NCBI RefSeq assembly: GCF_001194135.2
Contig: NC_068981.1
Location: 20,978,323-21,042,322, forward strand
Origin: Octopus bimaculoides
Lineage: Eukaryota
Length of the DNA: 64,000 bases
Reading direction: 5' to 3'
The position numbers were made by a program, and so were the translations under genes. The notes beneath the pieces are model-generated. The model was given only the letters and a program-made list of their open reading frames with translations, searched no databases and was not told the DNA's origin. Below are positions 1 to 9,959 of this stretch, one piece after another (within the stretch, counting starts at the first letter, position 1; the number at the start of each line of letters is the position of its first letter).

Positions 1-125
1 TATATATATATATATATATACATATGTATATATGTATGTATATGTATATATTTATGTATGTATGTATATGTATATATGCATGTATATATATGTATATATT
101 TATGTATATATGTATGTATATGTAT

Positions 126-558
126 GGAGAGTTAGCTAAAGGAGAACGACCTCCACATAAACCAAAAAAGAGATATAAAGACTTGCTGAAGGTTTCCTTG
201 AGAGATAACATCTCTCCTAACACGTGGGAAGGCATAGCTACTGACCGTGGCAGGTGGAGAAAGATTGTGTATGAGGGGACAACTACTTATGAGAAATCAC
301 GAATTGCACATGAGAAATTAAGGAGGGATGTCAGGAAGGGCATTGTTGTTGCACTTCCAGATGGTAAGGGTCTTCCTATGACACTGACATGCAGTGTCTG
401 TGCAAGACCGTGCCTCAGTAAAGCTGGACTCATGAGTCATCTTCGTAGTCATAAAGCAAGACCGATGATTGACTACCAGGCCGCTGGTGATGATGCTACA
501 CACCATACTAATCATGTCTGTCGGGCATGTGGAAGAGAGTGTGATTCAGCAGGAGGAC
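126..558 (+). mobile_element. 3' end of an RTE-type non-LTR retrotransposon ORF with C-terminal C2H2-like zinc finger(s)
   Basis: YGELAKGERPPHKPKKRYKDLLK...W..IATDRGRWRKIV...CSVCARPCLSKAGLMSHLRSH matches the typical RTE/BovB ORF C-terminus. The MYICMY... start of the listed ORF is only microsatellite translation. The element is cut by the N-gap at 559-568. Confidence 0.8.
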
Positions 559-568
559 NNNNNNNNNN

Positions 569-745
569 AGCCATCATATGTATGGTTGGCGTTAGGAAGG
601 GCATCCAGCTGTAGAAACACTGCCAAATCAGATTGGAGACTGGTGTAGCCATCTGGTTCACCAGTCCTCAGTCAAATCGTCCAACCCATGCTAGCATGGA
701 AAGCGGACGTTAAACAATGATGATGATGATGATGATGATGATAAT
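569..745 (+). mobile_element. RTE 3' tail with (GAT)n end
   Basis: TAGGAAGGGCATCCAGCTGTAGAAAC...GGACGTTAAACAATGATGATG; the same tail directly follows RTE ORFs at 14.4-15.4 kb and 28.0-28.9 kb. Confidence 0.8.
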
Positions 746-799
746 GATATATATATATATATATATATATGTACATATATATATGTATATATATATATA

Positions 800-1680
800 T
801 ATGTGACAATTAGTTGGTTGCCATAACAAAACTCAGAGTTTCGGATGTCGGGGTGGAAGACTGCTCCGGCATCTCATCAGTTATTAAGACCAACAAAAGA
901 GCTATGAGAATGAGCGTTAAATAAAGGGAAATTACCCGAACAGGGAGAAAGTAAGAATACTTGAAGAAGGTAAACCTATGCTCATAGAATCCGCGTACGT
1001 GCGCATGTACATACATACACACCCACACACACACCTATATGTATACATATATATGCATCCATACACATGTACATATCTGCACACACACACACACATATAT
1101 ATACCCATATGCACACAATTATGTTCATATACACGTCCCTATACGCACACGCACAAAAATGCAGGGTGAAAGGTAATGTACAGAGAAAATATATAAAAAT
1201 ACATAAAGCGATAAAATATATATAAAGATATGTAAGAAATGAAATGCTTGTACATGGACATAATATAAAAAGCAGGTTCTATCTGTGATCTTGGGGGGAC
1301 CAAAAATGTAACAAATATTAAGCCATATGTGGACATGATCCAAAAAATTCAGTTCTTGAATTTAGACATGTAATGGGGTCTAAGCTGCTTTTCCAGATGA
1401 GCCATCTTTCCACATCACAAAGACTGTACTTTCCACTGCTGTTGGTGTAAGGCTTACACTTGGCTAAGATCTTCCAATGGATGTTATAGTCGACACCTTT
1501 TTCTTTTAAGGACCATAAATAACTGGATAATTTGGTAGTTTTTCTTTCCCCCCCAGTGTCTGAAGGTTAAGGTGTGATTGTTGAACCTGGCTTTGAAATT
1601 CCCCTCTGTGAGATCCACATATTTCTTTGATGATGATGATATTAGAAGGTTTGGGGGTGATGTACAGGAATTATATATTA
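800..1680 (-). mobile_element. Penelope-like element 3' fragment (GIY-YIG remnant plus 3' region interrupted by a microsatellite)
   Basis: Minus-strand frames give KKYVDLTEGNFKARFNNHTLTFRH and TKLSSYLWSLKEKGVDYNIHWKILAKCKPYTNSSGK, typical of the PLE GIY-YIG C-terminus. A hammerhead motif lies in the 3' part. Confidence 0.75.
824..886 (-). ncRNA. Type I hammerhead ribozyme-like motif
   Basis: Minus strand: TAATAA-CTGATGA-GATGCCGG...CCGACATC-C-GAAA-CTC-T-GAG-T-T-TTGTTA. Stem I is 6 bp (one G-U), stem II is about 8 bp with one mismatch, stem III is near-palindromic, and the cleavage triplet is GUU. Confidence 0.7.
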
Positions 1681-1781
1681 GAAAAAATAATAAGGTACTC
1701 AGATATCTGGATGGTTGTACAAATCTGTAAATGTACAACCATCTAGATATCTGAGTACCTTATTATTTTTTCTAATATATA
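1672..1781. repeat. Near-perfect palindrome: ~50-bp arms, 10-nt spacer
   Basis: 1672-1721 is the reverse complement of 1732-1781 with one mismatch. Confidence 0.9.
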
Positions 1782-1924
1782 TATATATATATACATATAC
1801 GTGTATATATATATATATATACACACACACATACATATATATATATACATTTATGCATACATATATATACATACACATACATATACATACATATATATAC
1901 AGACATATACATATATATATACAG

Positions 1925-2385
1925 CATCATCATTGTTTAACGTCCATTCTCCATACTGGCATGGGTTGGATGGTATGACTGGTGACTGGTAAGCCAGCAG
2001 GCCGCACCAGGCTCCAATCTGACCTGGCAGTTTTTCTACAGCTGGATGCCCTTCCTAACGCTAACCACTGCAAGAGTGTAGTGGGTGCTCTTTACGTGCC
2101 ACCGGCACAGGAGCCAGTCAGACGGCACTGGCATCAACCACGTCCAGATGGTGCTTTTTACATGCTACCAGCACAGGAGCCAGTCGGGATGGGGAGGCTG
2201 GCATCAAACATGTTCGGATGGTGCTTTTTATGTGATACCAGCATGGGGAGCCAATTAGCCGGCACTGGCAACAACCCATGCATGCATGGTGTTTATTGCG
2301 TACCACCAGTACAGGAGCCAGTCAGGCGGCACTAGCATCAGCCGTGATTTTGACTTTACTTGACTCAATAGGTCTCAAGCACGGA
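1925..2385 (-). mobile_element. RTE 3' UTR/tail with internal tandem units
   Basis: Reverse complement of the RTE tail plus several GCCAGTGCCGCCTGACTGGCTCCTGT-like units. Confidence 0.8.
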
Positions 2386-2499
2386 TATATATATATATGT
2401 ATATATACATACATACATATATATACATACACACACACACATATATATATATACATACATACATATATATGTGTATATATACATACATAAATACATATG

Positions 2500-5028
2500 T
2501 TGTGTAGGTATCAGTTAGGGGAGTTTAAAACCTCTAAGGGATAATTAAATCCAAAGGCACTCCTGGTTATTACCTGAGTCCTTTGTAAAGTTGCATGATA
2601 GCAAGTAGTTCGGTAGGTAGACCGTAGTTTAAGTTATATACGAGAAGAAAATGGATGTAAATAACAAGGAGAAACTCGTCATTTTCACTGGCATGGCTTT
2701 ACTCTAATTAATTAACTAGTTCTAGTAAATATTTTCAGAATTCGAAAAATAGATTGATACATCGGTCAGAATGCAAAAAATAAATTGATACACTGGTAAT
2801 GGTAATAGAGTCAAAATTTGTTAGTCTCACATTATATTTTGTCCTTAAGTTGATTATTTCACTGGGGAGTGGATTTCATTGCAGCAGATTGGTTAGTTTA
2901 TGGTTCCGTTGGGTAATTAGTGTTGGGTGTATATTATTTTGGTGTGGAATCCTGAGTTTGACAAAGCACATTTTTTGCGCACGTGTGTATTAAATTGGTT
3001 TGAATCAGTGTTGTATGAGGTTGTTTTGGCGAGTATACGCCAGGTTAGTCTATAATCAACCTTTTTATCCTTAAGTTCCCAAATATATGTACTGAGCCCT
3101 GCTGAGTTAGTCTTACTTCTATTTCTGAAGCTTGATTGGTGTGTGTTATATCTAAGAATCATTTGGTTCTTAGTGGAGCCTATATATGATTTTATCTGGC
3201 TATTTTTGTGCACGTCACATTTGTAAACTATGTGATTTGTCTTGCATCTATTTAAAAAATGGCACTTTGTTCTATCCCTGCAGCCACATGAATTATTAGA
3301 TGTATCTGTGTTCATGTTATATTGTGTGTGTGTGTATGTGGGGCTATTACTATTCAGGTCTATATCTAAGTTAGCAGGAGGCGCTATGTTAGTGGCAGGC
3401 TTAGTTCTATTAGTTGGTTGGTTTTTATTTTTATTGTTCACAATCTTTCTAGTTTCATAGAATTTGTCTAGATTTTTATTATTTATTGAGGCTATTATTG
3501 TAGTTAAGTTGTTGATCAGACTGTGGCCTACTCTAATTTTATTCCTAAATAATTCTGCATATTTATCATTAACGTTTAGGTGTTTATCTATGATTTTTAT
3601 TAATGAGCGAACTATGTTTGATTTGAGGTGCATGGTGTAGGGGATTACGAGCCAGATATTATCACTATTTTGTTTATTTTTTGTATTGTTTTTTTTTAGT
3701 ATAGAGGCTTCCCTCCTTGTTTGTGAGTTGTGTGAAGTTATGGTTATGGCTATCTTGCTTATTTCCATAGTTAGGTTTCACTTTCCTGTTACTTTTGTCT
3801 GTGTTGTTTGTGTAGGGTTTATGTAGACTAGATGGCCTGGTTTTCTTGTTATTAACAGGGTTCATATTAGTTTGTTGGGTCACTTTAGTTTTATTCATAC
3901 CGATGTGTAGGTTTATAATATTATTTTGGGGCTTATTTGTATACTTGGTGTTATTAGTTTTGTTAATATTGTTAATCTTATTGATTATCACTATCAGTAT
4001 TAGTGTTGTGGTTATTCTTGTTGTTATTGATGGTTTATGAATGGGCCTTGGCATTGTTCCTATTGGGGTTACCCATACTGTTCTTATTGTTGGTGTAGTT
4101 TGTGGTAATGTATAGTGTGTGGTTGGTGTTAATGGTATTAGTGAGTGGGTTTCTGGTATTTGGGCTATTTGTATGGTGATTAGGGTCAAGGTATTTAATT
4201 TTTTGTTTAAATCCTGCTTTCCGTAGTGCAGAATTATAAATTTCCTTATGCCTATTAAAGATATTTATGTTGGAAGAGAGGCGTGATATTCTATTGCTAA
4301 TGCTATGTACTAGGCCTCTCTTAATAAAGTTTGGGTGGTTACTAGAAGCAATTATGTATTTGAGGTTTGTGTTGGGTTTTGTATAGGGTTCATGGAGTCC
4401 TGTGGCTAGGTTGCAGTTTGCATCTAAGCAGTTAATAGAGGTGTGTTCCTTTTCAATAGAAATAGCCCAAATCTTTTAAAGAATTTGTGTAGTTTTTTTC
4501 TTGATAAGCTCTAGTTTACTATTTGAGGGTTTCTTTATTATGAAGAGGACGTCGTCCCTGTATGAGCTGCCTTTGATCTGGGAATTCTTCATGTATGTAT
4601 GATAGCAAATAGATGCCTACTAGGTCAGCTACCTGTGCTGAATCTGCGCAAAAAATGTGCTTAGTCAAACTCGAGATTCCACACCAAAATAATATACACT
4701 CACTCTAATTGCCCAACAGAACCATAAACTGACTAATCTACTGCAATGAAATCCACTCCTCAGCGAAATAATCACCGTAAGAACAAAATATAATGTAAGA
4801 CTAACAAATTTTGACACAATTACCATTACCACTGTATCAATTTATTTTTCACATTCTGACCGATGTATCAATCAATTTTTTCGCATTATGAAGATATTTA
4901 CTAAAACTAGTAAATTGAAACGATCGTAAATGCTACCTTCTTCTTTGTTAATTAATTAAATTAAAGACATACCAGTGAAAACGACAAGTTTCTCCTTGTT
5001 ATTTACATTCATTTTCTTCTCGTACATA
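2500..5028 (-). mobile_element. 5'-truncated Penelope-like element (RT C-terminal half, linker, GIY-YIG) flanked by an inverted copy of its 3' end
   Basis: Minus strand: DSAQVADLVGIYLL and SYRDDVL (RT motifs, frameshifted), YIIASSNHPNFIKRGLVHSISNRISRLSSN (PLE thumb), IWLVIPY, and SYIGSTKNQMILRYNTHQSSFR...LSTYIWELKDK (GIY-YIG). 2633-2981 is repeated inverted at 4645-5028. Confidence 0.85.
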
Positions 5029-5096
5029 AATACATACATATATATATATATAAATATAAAACATCTTTAAAATTGCATTTTCAAACCTTCTTTCAT

Positions 5097-5424
5097 NNNN
5101 NNNNNNNNNNNNNNNNNNNNNNNNNNNNNNNNNNNNNNNNNNNNNNNNNNNNNNNNNNNNNNNNNNNNNNNNNNNNNNNNNNNNNNNNNNNNNNNNNNNN
5201 NNNNNNNNNNNNNNNNNNNNNNNNNNNNNNNNNNNNNNNNNNNNNNNNNNNNNNNNNNNNNNNNNNNNNNNNNNNNNNNNNNNNNNNNNNNNNNNNNNNN
5301 NNNNNNNNNNNNNNNNNNNNNNNNNNNNNNNNNNNNNNNNNNNNNNNNNNNNNNNNNNNNNNNNNNNNNNNNNNNNNNNNNNNNNNNNNNNNNNNNNNNN
5401 NNNNNNNNNNNNNNNNNNNNNNNN
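5097..5424. other. Assembly gap (N run); other gaps at 559-568, 28300-28735 and 46046-46122
   Basis: Runs of N in the sequence. Confidence 1.
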
Positions 5425-5744
5425 ATATATATATATATATATATACATATATCTACATATATCATCATCATTTAACGTGATACACATATATGCTAATATA
5501 TATACACATATTAGCATTTTTTCACTTATTTATTCTTATTCATTTGTTTATTTTGATTACTTATACATACGAGTGTAATCAATTAATAAATATAGACGAA
5601 TGCCTACAGGCTGATGTTTGTTGATTGATTATCCTCTCCATCTTCTTATGTGCCCTACACACACACACACATATATTCTGTTATTTCCCTCTTTATTCCC
5701 TATCTTTTCCACAATCATTCAAACTCAAATATTTTCTCACACCA

Positions 5745-5790
5745 TCTCCGATGAAGAGATATCCATAATATCCCAGAAACAGCTATAAGA
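5745..5790 (+). ncRNA. Minimal type I hammerhead motif (degenerate copy)
   Basis: TCT-CCGATGA-A-GAGATAT-CCATA-ATATCCC-A-GAAAC-AGCT-AT-A-AGA; carries a U4C core change and a G16.2A change. Confidence 0.6.
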
Positions 5791-6427
5791 CTATTTCATT
5801 ATAAATGTCCTGAAAACTCCTCACAGCCTTGTCTAATATATATATGCATGCTAATACAAGACTCACGTTTAGACTCCTCACTCATATCATTATCGAACCA
5901 AGAGTTTAACGACGATCTATCCATAGCACTTACTTAGCATTACCTGACACTCTTTGGGTCTTCTAGACATTAATACCTCTCATTAATACCCCTTGGTTCC
6001 TCTCTAATACAAGTCCTTATTTCAGGTAACGCTTTCATAATGGATAAACAATTCCTTGGCATTTCTCATAAGGACATACTTATTCCTTCACAAAAGTCTT
6101 TCCTCTTACTCCACCTTACTAAAACTAAGGATCTCATCCAAAGAATATGATGGAAAGCTTTCTTCCATAACAATCAAACATACCGAAGCAATAATAACAC
6201 CAACACATACAACCTCCAATCATATAAATATGAACTGGTATTGGAACTTACACACCAAGTACAGGAAACTTTTTAACCACTTCTGTACAGCGTTTTCCTT
6301 GAATAATGGAACTGCAACTACAATATCTTTATATACCTGATTTCTACTTCAATTCTCTTATTTCCCTCTATATTCCCCATCTCCTCTTTTTCCACAATAA
6401 TTCGAACTCAAATATTTTCTTACACCT

Positions 6428-6473
6428 TCTCTGATGAAGGGATATCCATAATATCCCGGAAACAGCTGTTAAA
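6428..6473 (+). ncRNA. Minimal type I hammerhead motif
   Basis: TCT-CTGATGA-A-GGGATAT-CCATA-ATATCCC-G-GAAAC-AGCT-GT-T-AAA; perfect 7-bp stem II and palindromic AGCT loop III. Confidence 0.7.
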
Positions 6474-6533
6474 CTATTTCATTATAAATGTCCTGAAAAC
6501 TCCTCACAGCCCTGGATTTGTTATCTCATTCTG

Positions 6534-6583
<50 letters not shown>

Positions 6584-6700
6584 ATATACACATACATGTA
6601 CACACACACACACACACACATATATATGTATAAAAATTGACAGAATGAAATAAAAAAACCAAGGCAGTAAATAGATTTCATAACATTTATTAAGAAAAGG

Positions 6701-6746
6701 TCTATCAGCTGTTTCTCGGATATTTTATATATCCTTTCATCAGAGA
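6701..6746 (-). ncRNA. Minimal type I hammerhead motif (degenerate)
   Basis: Minus strand: TCT-CTGATGA-A-AGGATAT-ATAAA-ATATCCG-A-GAAAC-AGCT-GA-T-AGA; U16.1 is changed to A. Confidence 0.6.
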
Positions 6747-6958
6747 TGGTGCGGGAAAATGTTTGAATATTAATTATTGGAGAGAAGATATGAAATACAG
6801 CGGGAAGTAAGAGAATGAATATAGAAGTGAGATAAATAAGGATATTTTATTTGGAGTTCCACAATATCCTTATGTATCTCACTTCTATATTCATTCTCTT
6901 ACTTCCCTCTGTATTTCATATCTTCTCTACAATAATTAATACTCATTTTCTCGCACCA

Positions 6959-7004
6959 TCTCTGATGAAGGGATATATAAAATATCCCAGAAACAGATGT
7001 AAGA
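6959..7004 (+). ncRNA. Minimal type I hammerhead motif (best preserved copy)
   Basis: TCT-CTGATGA-A-GGGATAT-ATAAA-ATATCCC-A-GAAAC-AGAT-GT-A-AGA; stems I, II and III all pair, cleavage triplet GUA. Confidence 0.72.
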
Positions 7005-7999
7005 CCTTTTCTTGATAAATGTCATGAAATCTATTTACTGCATTGGTTTTTTTAATCTCATTCTGTCAATTTATATATATGCATGCTGATACATGACCCA
7101 TGTTGGACTTCTCACTCGTATCATTATTGAGCCTGGAGCTTAACCATGGTCTATCCATAGCACTTAGCGTTCATCCAATACCTTTTGGGTCTTCCTGACA
7201 CCAATACTTTTCACACACACACACACACATATACATACAGGGCTGTGGAGTTGAAGCAAAATACTTTGACTCCTCTTTATGTAATTAAGTGATTGCGGTC
7301 TACATATCTCAAAGCATATGCATACGCTTGTACTTTTAGTAGGCCTATATGTTATAACTGGTTTATATTAAAGAATAAAGATATTTTGAGTTGGAGCCAG
7401 TATAGTTTTACTGACTGTGACTCAAGTTACCCCTTAATTGTTTCCGACTCCGACTCCACAGCCCTGCATATATATATGTATACACACACATATATATTGG
7501 TCTGTTCATTTTATGTCAGTTTTTCCAGGCTAGCATATGTAAGACAAATACATATCATTGAGGTGTTATTTAAAGCTAGATGTCCTTCCTGTCACTAACC
7601 CTTAGCTGTTTATCAAGTAAAAGAGTTTTCATTCCACTTGGTTTTGACTGCAGGCTACCAGACAAATTGTTAGTAATGTCAGTGGCACCATCCATGACTC
7701 GGTGATCACACACACACACAAAAGAGTCTATAATAACATTACCTTTACCACTTTATCAAAAGAATATTCCTTGTTTATGTGATATTCATTTATTCACAAT
7801 GTCTCCTCATCCCGTCTCTCAGTATATATCTATCAGTCATTCACCCCTTTGTTTTTCTATGCTAACATGTCTTATACTGGAAGGATTTTTTTGGCTGGAT
7901 GCTCTTCCTGTTGGTAACTCTGAACTGTTTTTCAAGTAATGGACTTTTGTATTCTACAAGATCTAATCAATAGTTTGTTCCCCAGGTGACCTAATTAAC

Positions 8000-8500
8000 A
8001 GTGGAGATAGGTAATCTGAAAACACAGTCGCCAGAGTGAGAACAGAATGGAAAAAGCTCAGAGAGCTAGTACTTCTGCTGGCAACAAAATGCCTCTCCCT
8101 CAGTTTAAAGAGCAGATTGTATGAAGTCTGAAGGTAAAGTCCAATGTTACATGAATTTGTAAATCAAAGGATTTTCAAAGATTAGGCGAAAAAAGCATAC
8201 TTTGCTGGATGTGTAATGTTAGTGTGCATTAATAATGAAGTACAGATGACTTGAGAAAAAAGCTTTGTATAAGAGAAATCAGATATAGTATGTAAGAGAG
8301 AAAACTGTGTATGTGCATGCGATACAAAAGGAAGATGACAGCCAAGCAATCAAAATGGATGATGCCTGTGAAAGAAGAAGATCTAGAAAGACATGGAACA
8401 CAGTTGTGAAAACTGATCTCAAGATGCTGAACCTCACAAAAGAGAGGACAAGGAAATGCAACAATTGGTGACATCCAGTGCTAGGGAAAACCTCCATTCT
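8000..8500 (+). mobile_element. Degenerate RTE ORF 3' remnant
   Basis: GAAAAAGCTCAGAGAGCTAGTACTTCTGCTGGCAACAAAATGCCTCTCCCTCAG...AGAAAGACATGGAACACAGTTGTGAAAACTGATCTC resembles the RTE copies at 14420 and 27990. Confidence 0.55.
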
Positions 8501-9167
8501 TGTGTAAGTATGGCAGAGTGAATGGGTTGTGATGGTGGCTCATGCTGCATTCATCTTCCAATCTTCTGATTCTCTTTCTCTCACTGACCCTTCTTTTGCA
8601 GCTTCACCATCACTCAACATTCTCACTTTCCTACATCTTCTTCTCACTCTCTTCTGTGCATATGTAGGAATCAAGTGTTATCCTATATGGGGCATAACAG
8701 TTGATTCCCTGCAACTCAATATACCCCATCATCTGTATCATGCAGTCCCTCTTTCTTTCAGTCACCCCTAATGCTACTATTTGTCTTCCCTTTTTCTACA
8801 TTTCCAATTCTTCTGTTTTTCAAGTAATGGACTTTTGTATTCTACAAGATCTAGTCAACAGTTTGTTCCCAGGTGACCTCTGGTACTCTCTCCACTACCA
8901 CCCTCTCATCTGTTTCTCTTATTACACTAACTTCTCTCTACACCATGCCAAATACCATCACTCTCTCTCCTATTTTCCCTCTCAATTGTAGGGCCCCTTT
9001 GGTCTTGTAATACTTCTGATATTGTTCTTCAATTCAATGTGAAATTGCAGTGATGTTAAGTGATGGGAACATAAACAAGCCAACACCAGTTGTCAAACAC
9101 AAACATGCACACTCATATAATATATAAAATAATTTAATAAATTTTAAACTGAAGATACAAAACTCAC

Positions 9168-9417
9168 ATGTTATTTTTCCATATTTTCCAAATTTCTCTC
9201 TCAGTACAGAGCTATGCAAATTAGGTGGTAAATTCCCAACATATATGCGTGTTCCTCGATATCCAGGCCTTCCAAAGTTCATCACACCTCTGTCTGAATT
9301 GTTGCCATCGTTTGGTCGACGGCCTCGATTTTCCATCGGGAAATTACGTTTTATATTATTTGGGCCTTTGTTATCTTTATCATGAGAAGGGCCACGATTA
9401 TCAGTGAGATTACTCAT
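9168..9417 (-). CDS. First coding exon of an SR-protein-like (SRSF1/SF2-like) RRM gene; whole exon 9168-9431
   Basis: MSNLTDNRG...GYRGTRIYVGNLPPNLHSSVLREKFGKYGKIT. RIYVGNLP is the RNP2 of SRSF1/9-type RRMs. Acceptor TTTGTTGCAG|G at 9432/9431 and donor ACAT|GTGAGT at 9168/9167. Later exons were not found in this window. Confidence 0.75.
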
Positions 9418-9959
9418 TGCATACGCAACACCTGCAACAAATCAAAAACAATCATAATAATAACAATGATTTACAGGTTATTTAAATATCTTGTTAAAAT
9501 CAAATACTACAATTTTAAACAACGGCGCATGTTAGTGATGAAACAGACAATCTAATATGGATGATAAAGATGTTGCACCTAATAGACAACATTAAAATAT
9601 CAGAGTTTAATTTCCAACTAGAACCTATAGGGGACATATTTTTGAAGAACTGTTAACCGAAGGGACCAGCCTGAATCTTTTAACTAATCTAACCGAAGGG
9701 ACCAGCCTGAATCTTTTAACTAATCTAAAACCATATAAACTAAGATGAGATATTACAATAATTAAAGTTTCCAAACATTTAACCTCATCTTTTGTGGTAT
9801 CCATTCTTGAATACATAGTGTGTTTTAGGTTTGATTTGAACTCAAAATCTATTCGTTTAAATGAAATGTATCAAAATCTTAATCCACAATGTCACCTGTA
9901 TATGTACAAATTATTTGTGCCTTTGGTGGATATTTCAGTTCAATTTTCAATATTGGCAA

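Larger units (their letters stand above)
5681..6545 (+). mobile_element. Internally deleted Penelope-like element with two direct terminal repeats, each carrying a hammerhead motif
   Basis: Direct repeats at about 5681-5845 and 6358-6545. Between them, ATG 6040 gives MDKQFLGISHKDILIPSQKSFLLLHLTKTKDLIQRI*WKAFF, resembling the PLE ORF N-terminal motif KNIPIPS...IKRMRWKAFF. Confidence 0.75.
6630..7220. mobile_element. Head-to-head inverted pair of Penelope-type terminal repeats forming a long hairpin; the right copy continues into the same 5' leader as 5840-5980
   Basis: About 6630-6846 is the reverse complement of about 6863-7075 at high identity. 7080-7220 resembles 5840-5980. Confidence 0.8.

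Noticed and set aside
810-2490. YIYIHTH/CVCVY-type ORFs (also 49914-50145, 52192-52476 and 59468-59767)
   Set aside because: Dinucleotide microsatellite translations.
2520-2582. Hammerhead remnant at the 3' end of the large Penelope element (TAATAA-CCAGGAG-TGCC...TAAACTC, minus strand)
   Set aside because: It resembles the 824-886 motif, but both core boxes are mutated, so it cannot be called.
4999-5517. Long ORFs full of X (also 28108-28862 and 45892-46194)
   Set aside because: Artefacts of reading through N-gaps.
6016-6030. TTATTTCAG|GTAAC just before the PLE stub ATG as a retained PLE intron boundary
   Set aside because: It reads equally well as acceptor or donor and no partner site could be assigned.
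6148-6150. In-frame TGA in the PLE stub as selenocysteine or readthrough
   Set aside because: It aligns with Arg of the RMRWKAFF motif; CGA to TGA decay is the simpler explanation.
1-9167. Next exon of the RRM gene (expected ...DLK...FAFVEF)
   Set aside because: Not found by eye on the minus strand; it may be in a gap or beyond the window.
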